Positions 52,661 to 64,000 of a stretch of DNA of 64,000 bases are shown one piece after another (within the stretch, counting starts at the first letter, position 1; every line of letters starts with the position of its first letter). Below the pieces are notes generated by a model, which saw only the letters and a program-made list of their open reading frames with translations, had not been told where the DNA came from and ran no database searches. Origin of the DNA: Sphagnum compactum (lineage: Eukaryota); contig OZ234494.1 in the NCBI GenBank assembly GCA_965153455.1, forward strand, positions 12,648,001-12,712,000. Reading direction: 5' to 3'. Both the position numbers and the translations under genes were made by a program.

Positions 52661-55319
52661 TGAGCATGGAAACTTTGATATTTAATTTGACATATCCTCA
52701 TGAAACTATCAGTTTGTATAAAAGTTTGAATACTTCATAGCAATCAAAGAATTGAAGCTTTTCTTTTACAATAAAAATGACGTATTAGTAGGATACATAC
52801 TTTGTGTCAAATATAAAATTTAGAAACAATTAGAATTCAAATTTTACACCCAGAGTTAAGCCAATTTTTTGTGCTTTATGGACTTCAATGTGCCCTTTTT
52901 AGTTCACCATAATGTGCAAACTACCTTATCTTTGTTATGACCAATTATGTCAATGGCAAATAGCAACCGATGGACTTGCGAGTTTTTGTGACTAGTCTTA
53001 AGAGTACAAGTGAGAGTGGAACATAACCAGCATATTGGGACGGGACCTGTAAAGTAAGTTGCAATGTTAGAAGATGCACTAAAAGTTTTATGAACAGATT
53101 GAACTTTGAAAACAAGTGCGCCGGTCTGAAGTTTTGCACCTAAACCTCTTGCCCATGCATGAGCAAACAAACTTAACCAACAAACAAACCACCATAGCAT
53201 TAGTTCGCTCAACCAATGTGGATGTTACTTTACCCAGATCCTGCAGTGTAGCTGTAACCTAGATCCAGTTAATGTGTTGTAAAATTTGGAGTTATCAATT
53301 TACAGACTTGGTTTCAAGTTTCTAATTTGAATATTTATACATGATATAAATATTTTATGCATAATACATGAATTTTAAAAAGTTGTGATGGACATTTAAG
53401 CATAAGGACTTTACATGTGACCAAAAAAAATAAAATTATATATATATATATCTTCACAAACTTACAAACTCTCCCACAAGTGTCTACCAAAAAATGGCAA
53501 TCATATAGTTATTCTAGAATTCCAAGTGCACATGTCTCATACTAGAACTATAGGTGTTAGAGACATTGAACACTAGTCCCCAAATTTTCATCAGCAAACA
53601 AGTTGAAATCTTCAGTCATATCCTAATCAAAGTATGTAACAAAAGAGAGGGGGGATACATTGTTACTTAGTGGCTTTTAACTCAATATGGCTAATGCTTC
53701 CATTTCAAAAGTGTCAAATTTCTAACCATCATAAGTGTCAAATTGGTTGCCTCAAGCTCTTCTTGACCCATAGGTATCCCACATGTCTTCAATGACTTGT
53801 TGACCCAATAACCCACATTATAGTTGGGTTGTAAATAGTGAGTGGCATCTAACATGGCCTGGTGATGAACTACACTAACAATATGTGCCATAACTTAATG
53901 TCAAATTGTAATTTTCATGTAATATATGCCACAATAAACATCACGTATTGTACATTGTAATGAATGAAACCACCAAGTTTACCTCATACATGTGTCATGA
54001 GACACGACCTTGTGTTTGAGAAAACCACATTCTCTTGAAGGGACAACTTTCAAATGCCACCACATAACCATATCTTTTCTTTTTTATATATAATTTCCAA
54101 TTGTCAATTCGACATTTGTTTTGGATTCTATGATTATGAATTTGCCCCAATGAAGGAAAGGGAAGGGAAATGACAAGGCAAATGTCTTATATTAGTTTTC
54201 AACAACTAGTGATTCTAGAACCAAATGTTAAGCATACAAATCATAATTCAACTACCAACAATAAATTATCGACGTCCTAATTTTGTTAACCAAATGTTAA
54301 TAATAGAAATCATACCGACCATTAACACCAGAACGAAATCCAAAGTGAGAATTGGAGGTGGGTCCACTTGAACACGAAATCAAAAGGTAACCATCTAATA
54401 AAATATCAAGAATAAGAGTTGACCAAGGAGGAGAGAAGTGTGAGGTATCGGAAATAATGAAGGCAGCCCAAAGAAGTTCAAGCTCAAGATTGGATAATGG
54501 GGCTTCTAAAAGCACAAACATGTAAGAACCATCTTGCTTCTGCAAACATTTCAACACTTCCATTCTTACAGGAGGAACCAAGTCCATCATGCTTACTTTG
54601 TTTTCTCCACATCAAAGACAAAAGAAATTTACAAATTTACAAAACCCTTGTGTAAAAACTAATGCAGACTTAAGATCACTCACACCAACAATCATAACAT
54701 ACAATCATTGAGGTGCAAACCCCACTTTGGAAATGGCGATGGTGATATCATAAAGAGAAGACAAGCATGAATTGAAAAGTCAAGACATTAAGCACAAGAC
54801 AATGTATGGATTCATTTAGTATAGAGCCTGTGTGTGCATGGAGTGCTAATTATGGGTAAATGTATTGCTTAATCAAAGTATTCCCAAGTTTTAGGGATGT
54901 ATGTTTTTTGTTGCTACAGTAATAGCAATTCAAAACAGTCCAATTTGAATCTGAGTAAAATCAGGTGGAATTAGGGTTTTGGAGAGAGAAAACGTCCTTG
55001 TATGGTCTGTGAAAAATTATCTTTGTTCAAAATTTCCTGATGCAACAACCCCTCTCCAAGAATCAGAATTGGGCCTCATGTCTCAATTGTTCACAATGTG
55101 TGACAGTAATAAGATTGAAACAGTACAGATACAGTTTTTCTTCAATCGTAGCCTCAGTTTGAGATTTCTTGCTTTCTTTCCAACCTGACAGAATCCTCAC
55201 CCAACAAATTAATGTATCTAAATGGTTTGGTGTTGAATGGAGAACCACACACCTCAGTGTATATGGTTGGATGCATATAACTAATGTACAAATAAGACTT
55301 GACAGATAATTACAGAGGA

Positions 55320-58300
55320 TTAAACAGAAGCTGTGGTCCCCAGGTTTTCATCATATGGTAGTAGGGAGCCCCAGGAGGACCCTACTTGAAGCTTAGCACG
55401 GAGAGGAACTGCAATACAGTAATCCAAAACACAATTAGTACAAGGAACAGCAAACAAGCAAACCTTCAATCAGTAGATGTCACAGCAAACAAGTTGTTCT
55501 GATTCAGTGAGTGCCAATTCGGTGAATCTCTTTTCCAGAGAAAAGATAATGGCATCTATGGATGGAACTTCATTGGTACCAATATCCTACTGTTGGAGAC
55601 CTGTTGGTGCAGAATACCAGGTATAAATCTTCCCATGGGGAATTCACAAATCTAAGCTTAGTGCACTTCGAAAGGGGCTTAGCTTAGTGCACCCTGCAAG
55701 GTCAGAAAAAGCCACATTACAAAAGCCAAGAAATGTTTGATGTGCTAAGGTTAACTTCACTGAAGTTGATTGTTAATACCTTTAAGAGTCGCAGCCCCTT
55801 CCATATAGTAGCGAAGCATACTTGCAACTTCCTTCAAAACTCGCTTGTCAACTTCCAAGACTAGCTCGTCATGAATCTGCAGTCAGCAGCTAGCTTTGTC
55901 AATGTGTGCTTCATGTTACACTGCATTCATCCATTTAAACAGGCCCAAATTGCATGAATGGCAGCCTCTGGCTAGTACCACCTCTTCTATTCAACGTTCT
56001 GCTTCTCCATGTAGACCACTATGCTACAAACCAAGAGAGTACACCAGACCAGTTTTCAGGACTACACAAGAATCATAATTTCAACAGCTTTTCTAAAGAT
56101 TAGGAGGTTCAGCATGGTAAACCAGCTGCAAGTGAGGATCAAAGAAATTGAACTGTCAAGAAATGTCTGAAAGGGACTGTCCATATTGACCAAAAGGCAG
56201 TTCACCTGAAGTAGCAACCGACAAGAACCCTGAAGAGGCCATGCTGGACTCTCTAGCTGCACCCTCTGTTGACTTAGAGTAGATACTCTTTCCCTACGAG
56301 GTGTTGACATGGCATTATGCACTTTAATCATCGCCATTTTGATCAAATCAGCTGCAGATCCCTGTATCAACAGCAAACTTGTCTATGACTTCTCTAAAGA
56401 GGATAACTCTCATATGCTTGATTACCTACCAACATCTACATAGAGTAAGGCTCACATAAGGTGAAATTCATCTGCACTATTCTGAAGTACAATCATCAGA
56501 ATTCCTAAGTTCTTTTCAGGTAGTATTTGCAAACAAACAAAATGAAGTGTGTTAAGCCAAGCTCCAACTAGTATTTTTCAGAAAAAGAAGAAAAATATTG
56601 TGATCACATTTATAGCACCCAACCTGACAGATAGAATTGACAGCCTGCCTTTCTGCCTTGGCCTTCTCTCCCCATTTTCCATGATTTATTTTATCCAAAT
56701 AACGCTTCCGCCCACATAATGTCTTCACAAACCTGTACAACAAAGGCAACCCAATCAAGTTGCAGAAGTCGCTGCATGCACAACACAATATCCACACATT
56801 ATCTGTATCTAAACATTAGTGAATATACTATACTTAACTCTAAAATCTGGTCCTGCCTATAATGCATAACACATACAGGAAAAGGTAACATACCCATTTT
56901 GACGGCAGGATTGTACAGCCTGGTTAAGCCAGACAGCCACTGCAGGAAATGTGGCCTTGAACTGATCCAGCATCTGTTGAGCATCTGTCAGGGGGCATTG
57001 TAGGTGCTCAGACAGAGTGTTCACACCCATGCCATAGAGCAATCCATATACTAGGCGCTTGGTGTGTTCACGCTGCTGCTCAGTAATGGCAGATTCTGAA
57101 AGTCCTGTCCATTGAGCTGCAAGCATACGGAAAACATCTCCTGCTGGTTTGCTGAGTAGAGATATGAGTGAAGGATCCCCAGAGAAGTGGGCCATCAATC
57201 GAATTTCAATTTGTGAATAATCTGCTGACAGTAGAACCCACCCTTCCTGCATACAAATGCAAATAGTAAGCATACAGCTTTTTGGAGTCTCATTACCAAA
57301 AACTAACAAACCTTACAAAATTCCTGAGAGAAAATTCCAGCACTGCTACACTTAAGTCCCAGTCATTCAATGCTTGAACCAATTATTGTGTGGAAAAACA
57401 GAGTACAGGGAATTTCTTCAACATCCCAGGTCATCTGTCATGTGTCATACCTGCAGAGGTACAAAAAGTTGACGAGCATTGACCTCAATATCCCGACATA
57501 ATTTTATATCTCCAGTATGACTGCTCTCTTCATCAATGGTGAAGCTTATGGAATGCTCAACACACTTGCATGTGAAACAAATCAGAGTTAACATTTCAGC
57601 TACTGAAGTGTCAACAATTACAAGTTTTTGAGGAGCACAGTTTTTCCTCCATAAATAAGATAAGCAAATGACAACATACCAAATAAACAAGTATGACAAG
57701 AAATTACATGAGATCAACCTTGAGGCTTCCAAAACCTAACCTGAAGATTGGGATTTTCCATAGAAAGCCTCCCGGTTGCTGTTGAAGTCTGAAGCCAACA
57801 TCCAAAAATGCAGTACACGTCATCTCTTCTAGTTCCCTCATCCAAGGAAGGCAATGAAACAGGCGACTGCACATGCTCTGCTATAGCACCAAGTGTGCCA
57901 TGCAGCAGCTTGGACAGTCTTCGATGCTCTCTGATTACTTCTGCAATTGGGTGCTGATCCCTGTAGCCCGACATTCTCATGTGAGACAATGCATGCAATT
58001 CCTTCATTTTTGGGTAGAGTTGATCCAAGGGGTCTGGATGAATTGGTCTATGGGGTGATAACAACAAAATTGTCTGAGGCATGCAAATGCAGGTTCTCCA
58101 GTACCTGAGGAGGTCAAGGGCATGCTTGTCAGTACTTGGATGCTGCTTCCCCTTACAGCCAGCAGGCACAGGCAGCTGCAAATGTTGGTACAGCACATGT
58201 GCCACCTCTCCGGGTATAGAGAGTGAAAAGGGCATTCCTGCTAGCTGCTGAGCTTTGACTTCCAGAGCACGAAGTTTGCAGTTAAGTAGTTGCTGTGCCT

Positions 58301-61300
58301 TACGACAAGCCTCCATGTCCACACCAACTCCCCATGTCTCCATGTCTGCCAGCACTTTCACCTGCCCAGATGCCTCTTTTCACTCAACTGCCATTTGCTG
58401 AATAATTCAACTCAAACCATCATAACTATGATTGGCCATTCAACTTTTTAGTGCTTGTCACTGAAATAGTCTGTACAAGACTCCACATACATTTTGATCT
58501 TGGGTGGCCTCACTTTGCACCCTTGTGAATTCCTTGGACCCAACAAAACACAGGAAATAAACAGTAAGATCCTATGGTTTGCTTTTGTGGTATTTCAGCA
58601 TCAGGATATCCAGCTTACAGAACAGTGACCATCTTGCAACAAATTTTCATTTCATGCAAGAATTTCTCTAAACCATGCCTTGACATAAAGAATATCACCA
58701 GAGGCATTTCAAGTTGCAGTAGAGGCTGATGTAGGCCCTCTGCCTGCAAGAGCTTCCAAAAAGCTGAATGCAGTGCCCACACTTGCGCTGCTCGCCTACA
58801 ACATCCATTATGTGCCACACAACCCATCTGATTCATCCACCTGCCAGCCCTGCTTGCAGCAGCCGCCACCTCACCGGGCAATCTCCTCTTAACTTCCTGG
58901 AACAAGTCATAGCATTTAAAATAAATTAAGTGCTGTAACTTAAAATACACATTGGCCCAAAACAGCCAGGGAATACTGAAATGATGGTAGTGACCTGCTC
59001 AAGAGAAAACGTTTGGGCACTTTCTTCATCAGGCCAAAGAAGCCAAGCAGCCACTCGCACATCAACCAAATGCTCCTGCACCTTCAAAGCAGGCAAAGCC
59101 CTTAACTGGACTGGATTTGGCTTTGAATCAAACACAACTAGGGTTTTTCCATTATCCTGATGCTGGAGAGGAACATGGAAACCAGGATTGGTCAAAGCAT
59201 GAAGCTGGCCCTTCACATCCCAGGCAACCTTTTTAACACCCGCCTTAAGAAAGACCTCAGAGACCTTTTCCCACCGCATCCTATCTACACACCATGCCTC
59301 CTCTCCCAAGCATGTCACAGCATTGATACTAGTTGAATTTGCCACAACCAAGACATCAGACTTGCCCACATCTGGGGCAGAACCATCCAGAGGCTTTTGA
59401 CCTCTAGAGAAACTGACATAATAAACAGGCGAGTCCCTCCAACACAAGGCCATGCCCTCAACCTCAATGAGCTTTGTTGTGACCTCTGTTGCTGGAACTT
59501 TGCAATACAGATCAAATGCAAACTCCTCAACTGCATTCCACTTCTCCCAAAACTTGTTGAAACCACCAGGTATCTTGTCTACATCTACAGGTCCCTTGAG
59601 AGGCTCCTCACTTTGAATTGGCAGAACCTCCAAATCTTCCCCTTGTGCAACCAATGAGCCAGAGAACAGGGCAGCTGCATCTGACCCATTATGCATTCGG
59701 ACAATGTCAGATTGATGATGGTTTGTCAATACAGGCAGAAGTTCATGAGCAGGTAAGCAATTGTCCTTTTTCATTTGAAGCTCTAGATTTGCAGTCTGAA
59801 TGTTGCTCAACTGCTCATGCTTGACTTCTTCAATGCCAATCTCAATCATATGACAAGGCACCTGAAGACCACTGCTGCTAGTGGCAATTGCAAACTCTGA
59901 AACAGTCTCCATTCCTATTTCCTTAGAATGTCCTCCTTCAACTCTGAAACAATCTCCATTCCTGTTGACCTCTGTCCTTAGAATGTCCTCCTTAGGACCT
60001 GCAAAACTTCTGTAAATCTTCTCCCTGGACTCTTCCCTGTCCTGATAAGGTATATTCACAGGAAGAGGATGGGTCAGACTGGTGTCTGCACCTTCAATCA
60101 CTGGCATGCTTGTGGAAACAACAACAGGAATGGCAACACTGGAAGCTAGTGCTGCTCCCATTTGCAACGCATCATCAGTGGCAGGAGGGAAGGGCATTGC
60201 CAGTGCTGCAGGCACTTGAAACCCAAGGGCTTGAAATGCAGAGAAAGCTGCTTTCCGTGCTTCTTCAGCACGATCTAATGTGATCTGCCGTGCTCCATTC
60301 TTTATTTTGCGGGCTATCCCTATCTGTGCCCAATGCTGGCCATCAGTTTTAGTACCACCTGTATGCACACCATTTATTGTTCTATCATTTTTTTAGTGCT
60401 TCCAAGTGCATACCACTAGGTATACAGTAAAAAAGAAAATGAAGATGAAGACCATGAAATTCCCCCTTTAGTCAGAAGCCCAAATGGAAGGTAAGAGTGA
60501 TTGTAAAGGCACACCAACACTACATCTATTTCTGCAAGAGAGAAAATTGTTATACCTTGACCTGGCCAATTTGATCCATCATACAGAGCCTTGAATAGTT
60601 CTGGAAGTGTCGCTTCAGCTACAGCCTGTACACTTCGTAGGCCTGCCTTGAAGAGTGCTCTTGCTCTTGCAGCCTACGGATAGAAGCAATGGTCATGCAA
60701 CCGAACTATCAAACTCAAGTTTTAATTCACCAGGGAGGTGTGCAGCAAATCAGCCTTCCACCAGTCTCAGACTTGTAATCTCAAGACAAGTGAGAGCTCA
60801 AGGACCAACTTCATTTGAGTGCAATCCAACTTTTTGGTAGAGAGACATGTAACTTTGACAGTTCAACCAAGCTTCAATCCAAACACTAGAAGCATCAGCT
60901 ATATATTGCATGCCCTCTTTATGAATGAGATGTACAAGCATGCATAAGACAGTTGTAGCATCGTATGCCCCCACCTTGACAAAGGGGATTTCCGTCAATT
61001 CAACAATTTCTGATTTGACCCCAAAAGAGACACGGCTTTGAAATTTGGAAACCAAGCCCTCCATGTCACTCCACCCAAGCCTTTCACAGAATGCTGCCAC
61101 CATGCCTGAAAATCTGCCTGCACTCTCTTGCAGACCTTGCACTGTGCCCCTAGGAACTTTGAACATTGCACAAACCTCCATCAAGGATACTTCCTGCTCA
61201 CAACAGAGACACTCCCAAAACAGCTTTCAATTTCTGGCTTCACCACAGGTCATTGCCACTGTCAGTATACTAACCATAATGAAGTGAAACAGTGCATATA

Positions 61301-64000
61301 GCTCGAAGAAAAACCTCTGTGTGTAGAAGGTGTTCAGGCTTTGGTTACCTGAACAAGTTTTGAGAGCATCAATGCAACATAGAATCGTTTGCACACCCGC
61401 AACATCTGGTCTGTTGTAAGTTGTGGCCCACTGGGGCTGCACCACTTAGACTTCTGGATTGCAGGAGAGATTCTGCCTCTGGAGGAGCCTCTTCCATTCC
61501 TTGGCCGCCCACCACTACGCTGCTCCATAATGGGTACACCATGTGCCATGCGCAACAAAAATGGCTCAACAACCCCCACTCTGTTGGCCACTGCCTGATT
61601 CCACACTTTATGTTCAGATGGAAATCTAGGCAATTGACTGGGAGCAAGGTGAGTAAGTGTCCTGTGAACAAAGGCACTATGATCTGATATATGCATCAGT
61701 GATACCCATCCCAAGTGGTCTACAGGTTTCCTCCTCTTACAGTACAATGTCCATAATTTCCACCTCATTAAAACACAGTTGTAAGACCACCAACCTGGTC
61801 AATAGGAGAAAGCTCAACAAAGTGTTGGTAGTAAGCAGTCCAGTCTGGTTCCAGGTCCACATAAGTTGGAGTGACCTCGTAGAGCAAGTGCAAATCAGAG
61901 GCAAGCACAAAACCCTCCCTTGCTTTCACAAGATCCTCAAACACCACCTGGAATGAAGATACCACATATGCTACAGCCTTTGCTTTGTAAAATATTGCCT
62001 CTACATTGCATGTAAACTGCCAACCGTCTCTCAAAACTCTTGTAATAAATTGTATATATGACCACTCTACTGAGTACAAGAAAATGCATGAGGTAGAAAA
62101 ATCACAGAAATACAGAACTCGGGACTGAATGATGACAAAAATACCAGGGACTCCTCAGGACTCAGAGAGCTGCCAAAAGCAGCTCGGCCCAGTGGGGTAG
62201 ATGTGTAGAGTTGAGATTCAGAATTCCAACTTAGCAAGTGCTGGTGGCACAACCAGCGCAATGAATCTTGTGCAGCTTTCACCACTTGGTCAAATGGCTG
62301 TGTTGCATTGAGCAGTGTACACCTCACATACCGTTGCACATCGGCGGCACTCTGCACTACTCCACCAGCCACTACTTCCAGCAGGGCCCGCATCATGCCA
62401 TTCTTGTCATCAGCCAGGCATGATTGCAGTGGCTGACAGGCACTTTTCATGATTCCCTCCATCCGCTTTGCTTCTTCAGGCTTGCATATCAATATCTGAG
62501 ATGCAATCCAAGCTTATGCAGTGAGTCATTCTCTCCTGGGGTAACTGTCAAATCTTTACACACATTTCATCAAGATACTTAGCACCTACATCATAGGCAG
62601 AGCAATCTGCATCAAAATTGTTCTGCACAGGAACAAAACAAGGACATACACTTTCTCCTTTGGTGTCAATGCCAGCACGCCCTGCTCGTCCTGCCATCTG
62701 CCGATATCGTGTTCCGTCAATGAAATCACGCCCAATTTTTGGCTGCCTAAATATCACCCGCCGGGCTGGTAGGTTCACCCCTGCAGCCAGAGTGGATGTG
62801 GCTACAAGTACCCGAACAACCCCAGACTTAAAACATGCTTCAACAACATCCCTTTCTTCCACCTGCTCCCCCAATACATCGATCCTCTCAGATCCCACAG
62901 CTTTGGGTGGCTTTTATTCTTGTATTATTTCACTGTAACACATTCCATACTCCATCCATGAAAGAAACAGGTGCAATAAAGAGATAATCCCGGTTATACA
63001 ATAGCTCTTCTTCCACTTCTAGTGCTCCTATTTGCTATCATCCTCTCATGCAACAGGTATGGTAGGAGACAAAATAGAACCGTGAGGCCTGCATGATGGT
63101 ATGCAACACCAGCTGGAAGCGTTTCTGCCAAGACAGGGTCAAGGCCAGCTGGTGACTTCCGTAATTCCTCAACAGCAGCATTTCCATCTTTAGGACCACT
63201 CATGTTTGCCTTCTCAACAATTGTGAAAGCTGGTAAGAATTTGGCAATGTGCCGAGCTGAAGTCTCACAACCTTTGCGGCTTGAGCAGAACAATAAGACT
63301 GAATGCCCTTCGCTTACTACCTGCTCAAGGGAACAACAATTGAGTCATAGTGATCCATTTTCCTTGTAGGATATAACACAGCAATTTGCAGTACATCATT
63401 GGGGACCTGCAACCCAATACTAGTCCTCCACAGTAAGCAGGATGATGCAGGATAGACAGCACCTAGAAGATGGTGGACACTCACCTCATGGCACAACTCC
63501 ACAACATGGTCAGGATCCTTGCCCCCAAGGTCAGCTTCTTTCCGTATGGTCCTCACAAGTTCCATGTTCTTCTTGTGGATTTTGTTGCCAATCTTCATGA
63601 ACTCCTCCAATGGCACAGGTCGAAAATCTGTTTCATAGAATGCAGCCTGCATTTCACACATCACAATCATGATAAAGTTCGATGAAATAACTTGGTAAAG
63701 TCAATGACAACTGAGAACAAGAGCCAAGAGCTATGTTCAATGAAAGCTTAGACAGACAACTCTATGTTCCTCAGAATTCTCCACAGTGCCCTCCTCTGAC
63801 CAACCAACAGTGTGCTTGAGATCACAAGATCAGAACTACTGGTGTAGCATGATGCACCTGCAGCCAAGTAGCCACATCAGACACATTTGGCATTGTCGCA
63901 CTCATGCCAACAATCTGCAAGCCAGTGTTCCACAAAGCACTTGAACCCAAACCCTCGCCAGGACTGCTGCCAGCTGATACAGCTTCTCCACCACCAGCTG
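55320..64000 (-). CDS. POLQ: Helicase- and polymerase-containing protein TEBICHI / DNA polymerase theta (5' end outside window)
   Basis: GT-AG exons: >64000-63858, 63646-63485, 63320-63081, 62862-62650, 62495-62145, 61947-61795, 61594-61349, 61193-60975, 60673-60556, 60358-58995, 58896-58699, 58361-58105, 57960-57741, 57564-57451, 57246-56894, 56732-56624, 56361-56206, 55876-55780 and 55408-55320 (stop). Helicase motifs: [28 protein letters not shown] and QMAGRAGR. Family A polymerase motifs: [40 protein letters not shown] and QIHDEL. Confidence 0.97.

Noticed and set aside
55320..64000. Functional link between POLQ and the repair-like LINE insertion in the same window
   Set aside because: They are 44 kb apart and POLQ acts in trans, so co-location carries no evidence.

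Overview
Eukaryotic, AT-rich and intron-containing land-plant DNA; a bryophyte such as a peat moss is my inference from gene style and repeat families. It holds four host genes: a one-intron GET3a/ASNA1 ATPase (- strand), a 7-exon autoinhibited P2B Ca2+-ATPase (ACA, +), a small two-exon conserved unknown protein (+), and the 3' part of TEBICHI/DNA polymerase theta (POLQ, -), which runs off the window end. The first 17 kb is a nested transposon pile. It includes a full-length but stop-mutated Ty1/copia element with LTRs, PBS, PPT and a 5-bp TSD. Next comes a PIF/Harbinger-type MITE that contains a hAT element, which contains a short dispersed repeat, which contains a LINE fragment. A hAT element with a decayed transposase and a perfect 8-bp TSD follows. 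Further on are non-autonomous hAT elements, MITEs, fold-back hairpins, minisatellites and two head-to-head decayed RLE-type (CRE-like) non-LTR retroelements. No rRNA, tRNA or CRISPR array was found. I found no clearly novel system; the best leads are the nested pile, the TSD-less and 3'-truncated LINE insertion, the mosaic ACA N-terminus and a compound hairpin upstream of ACA.
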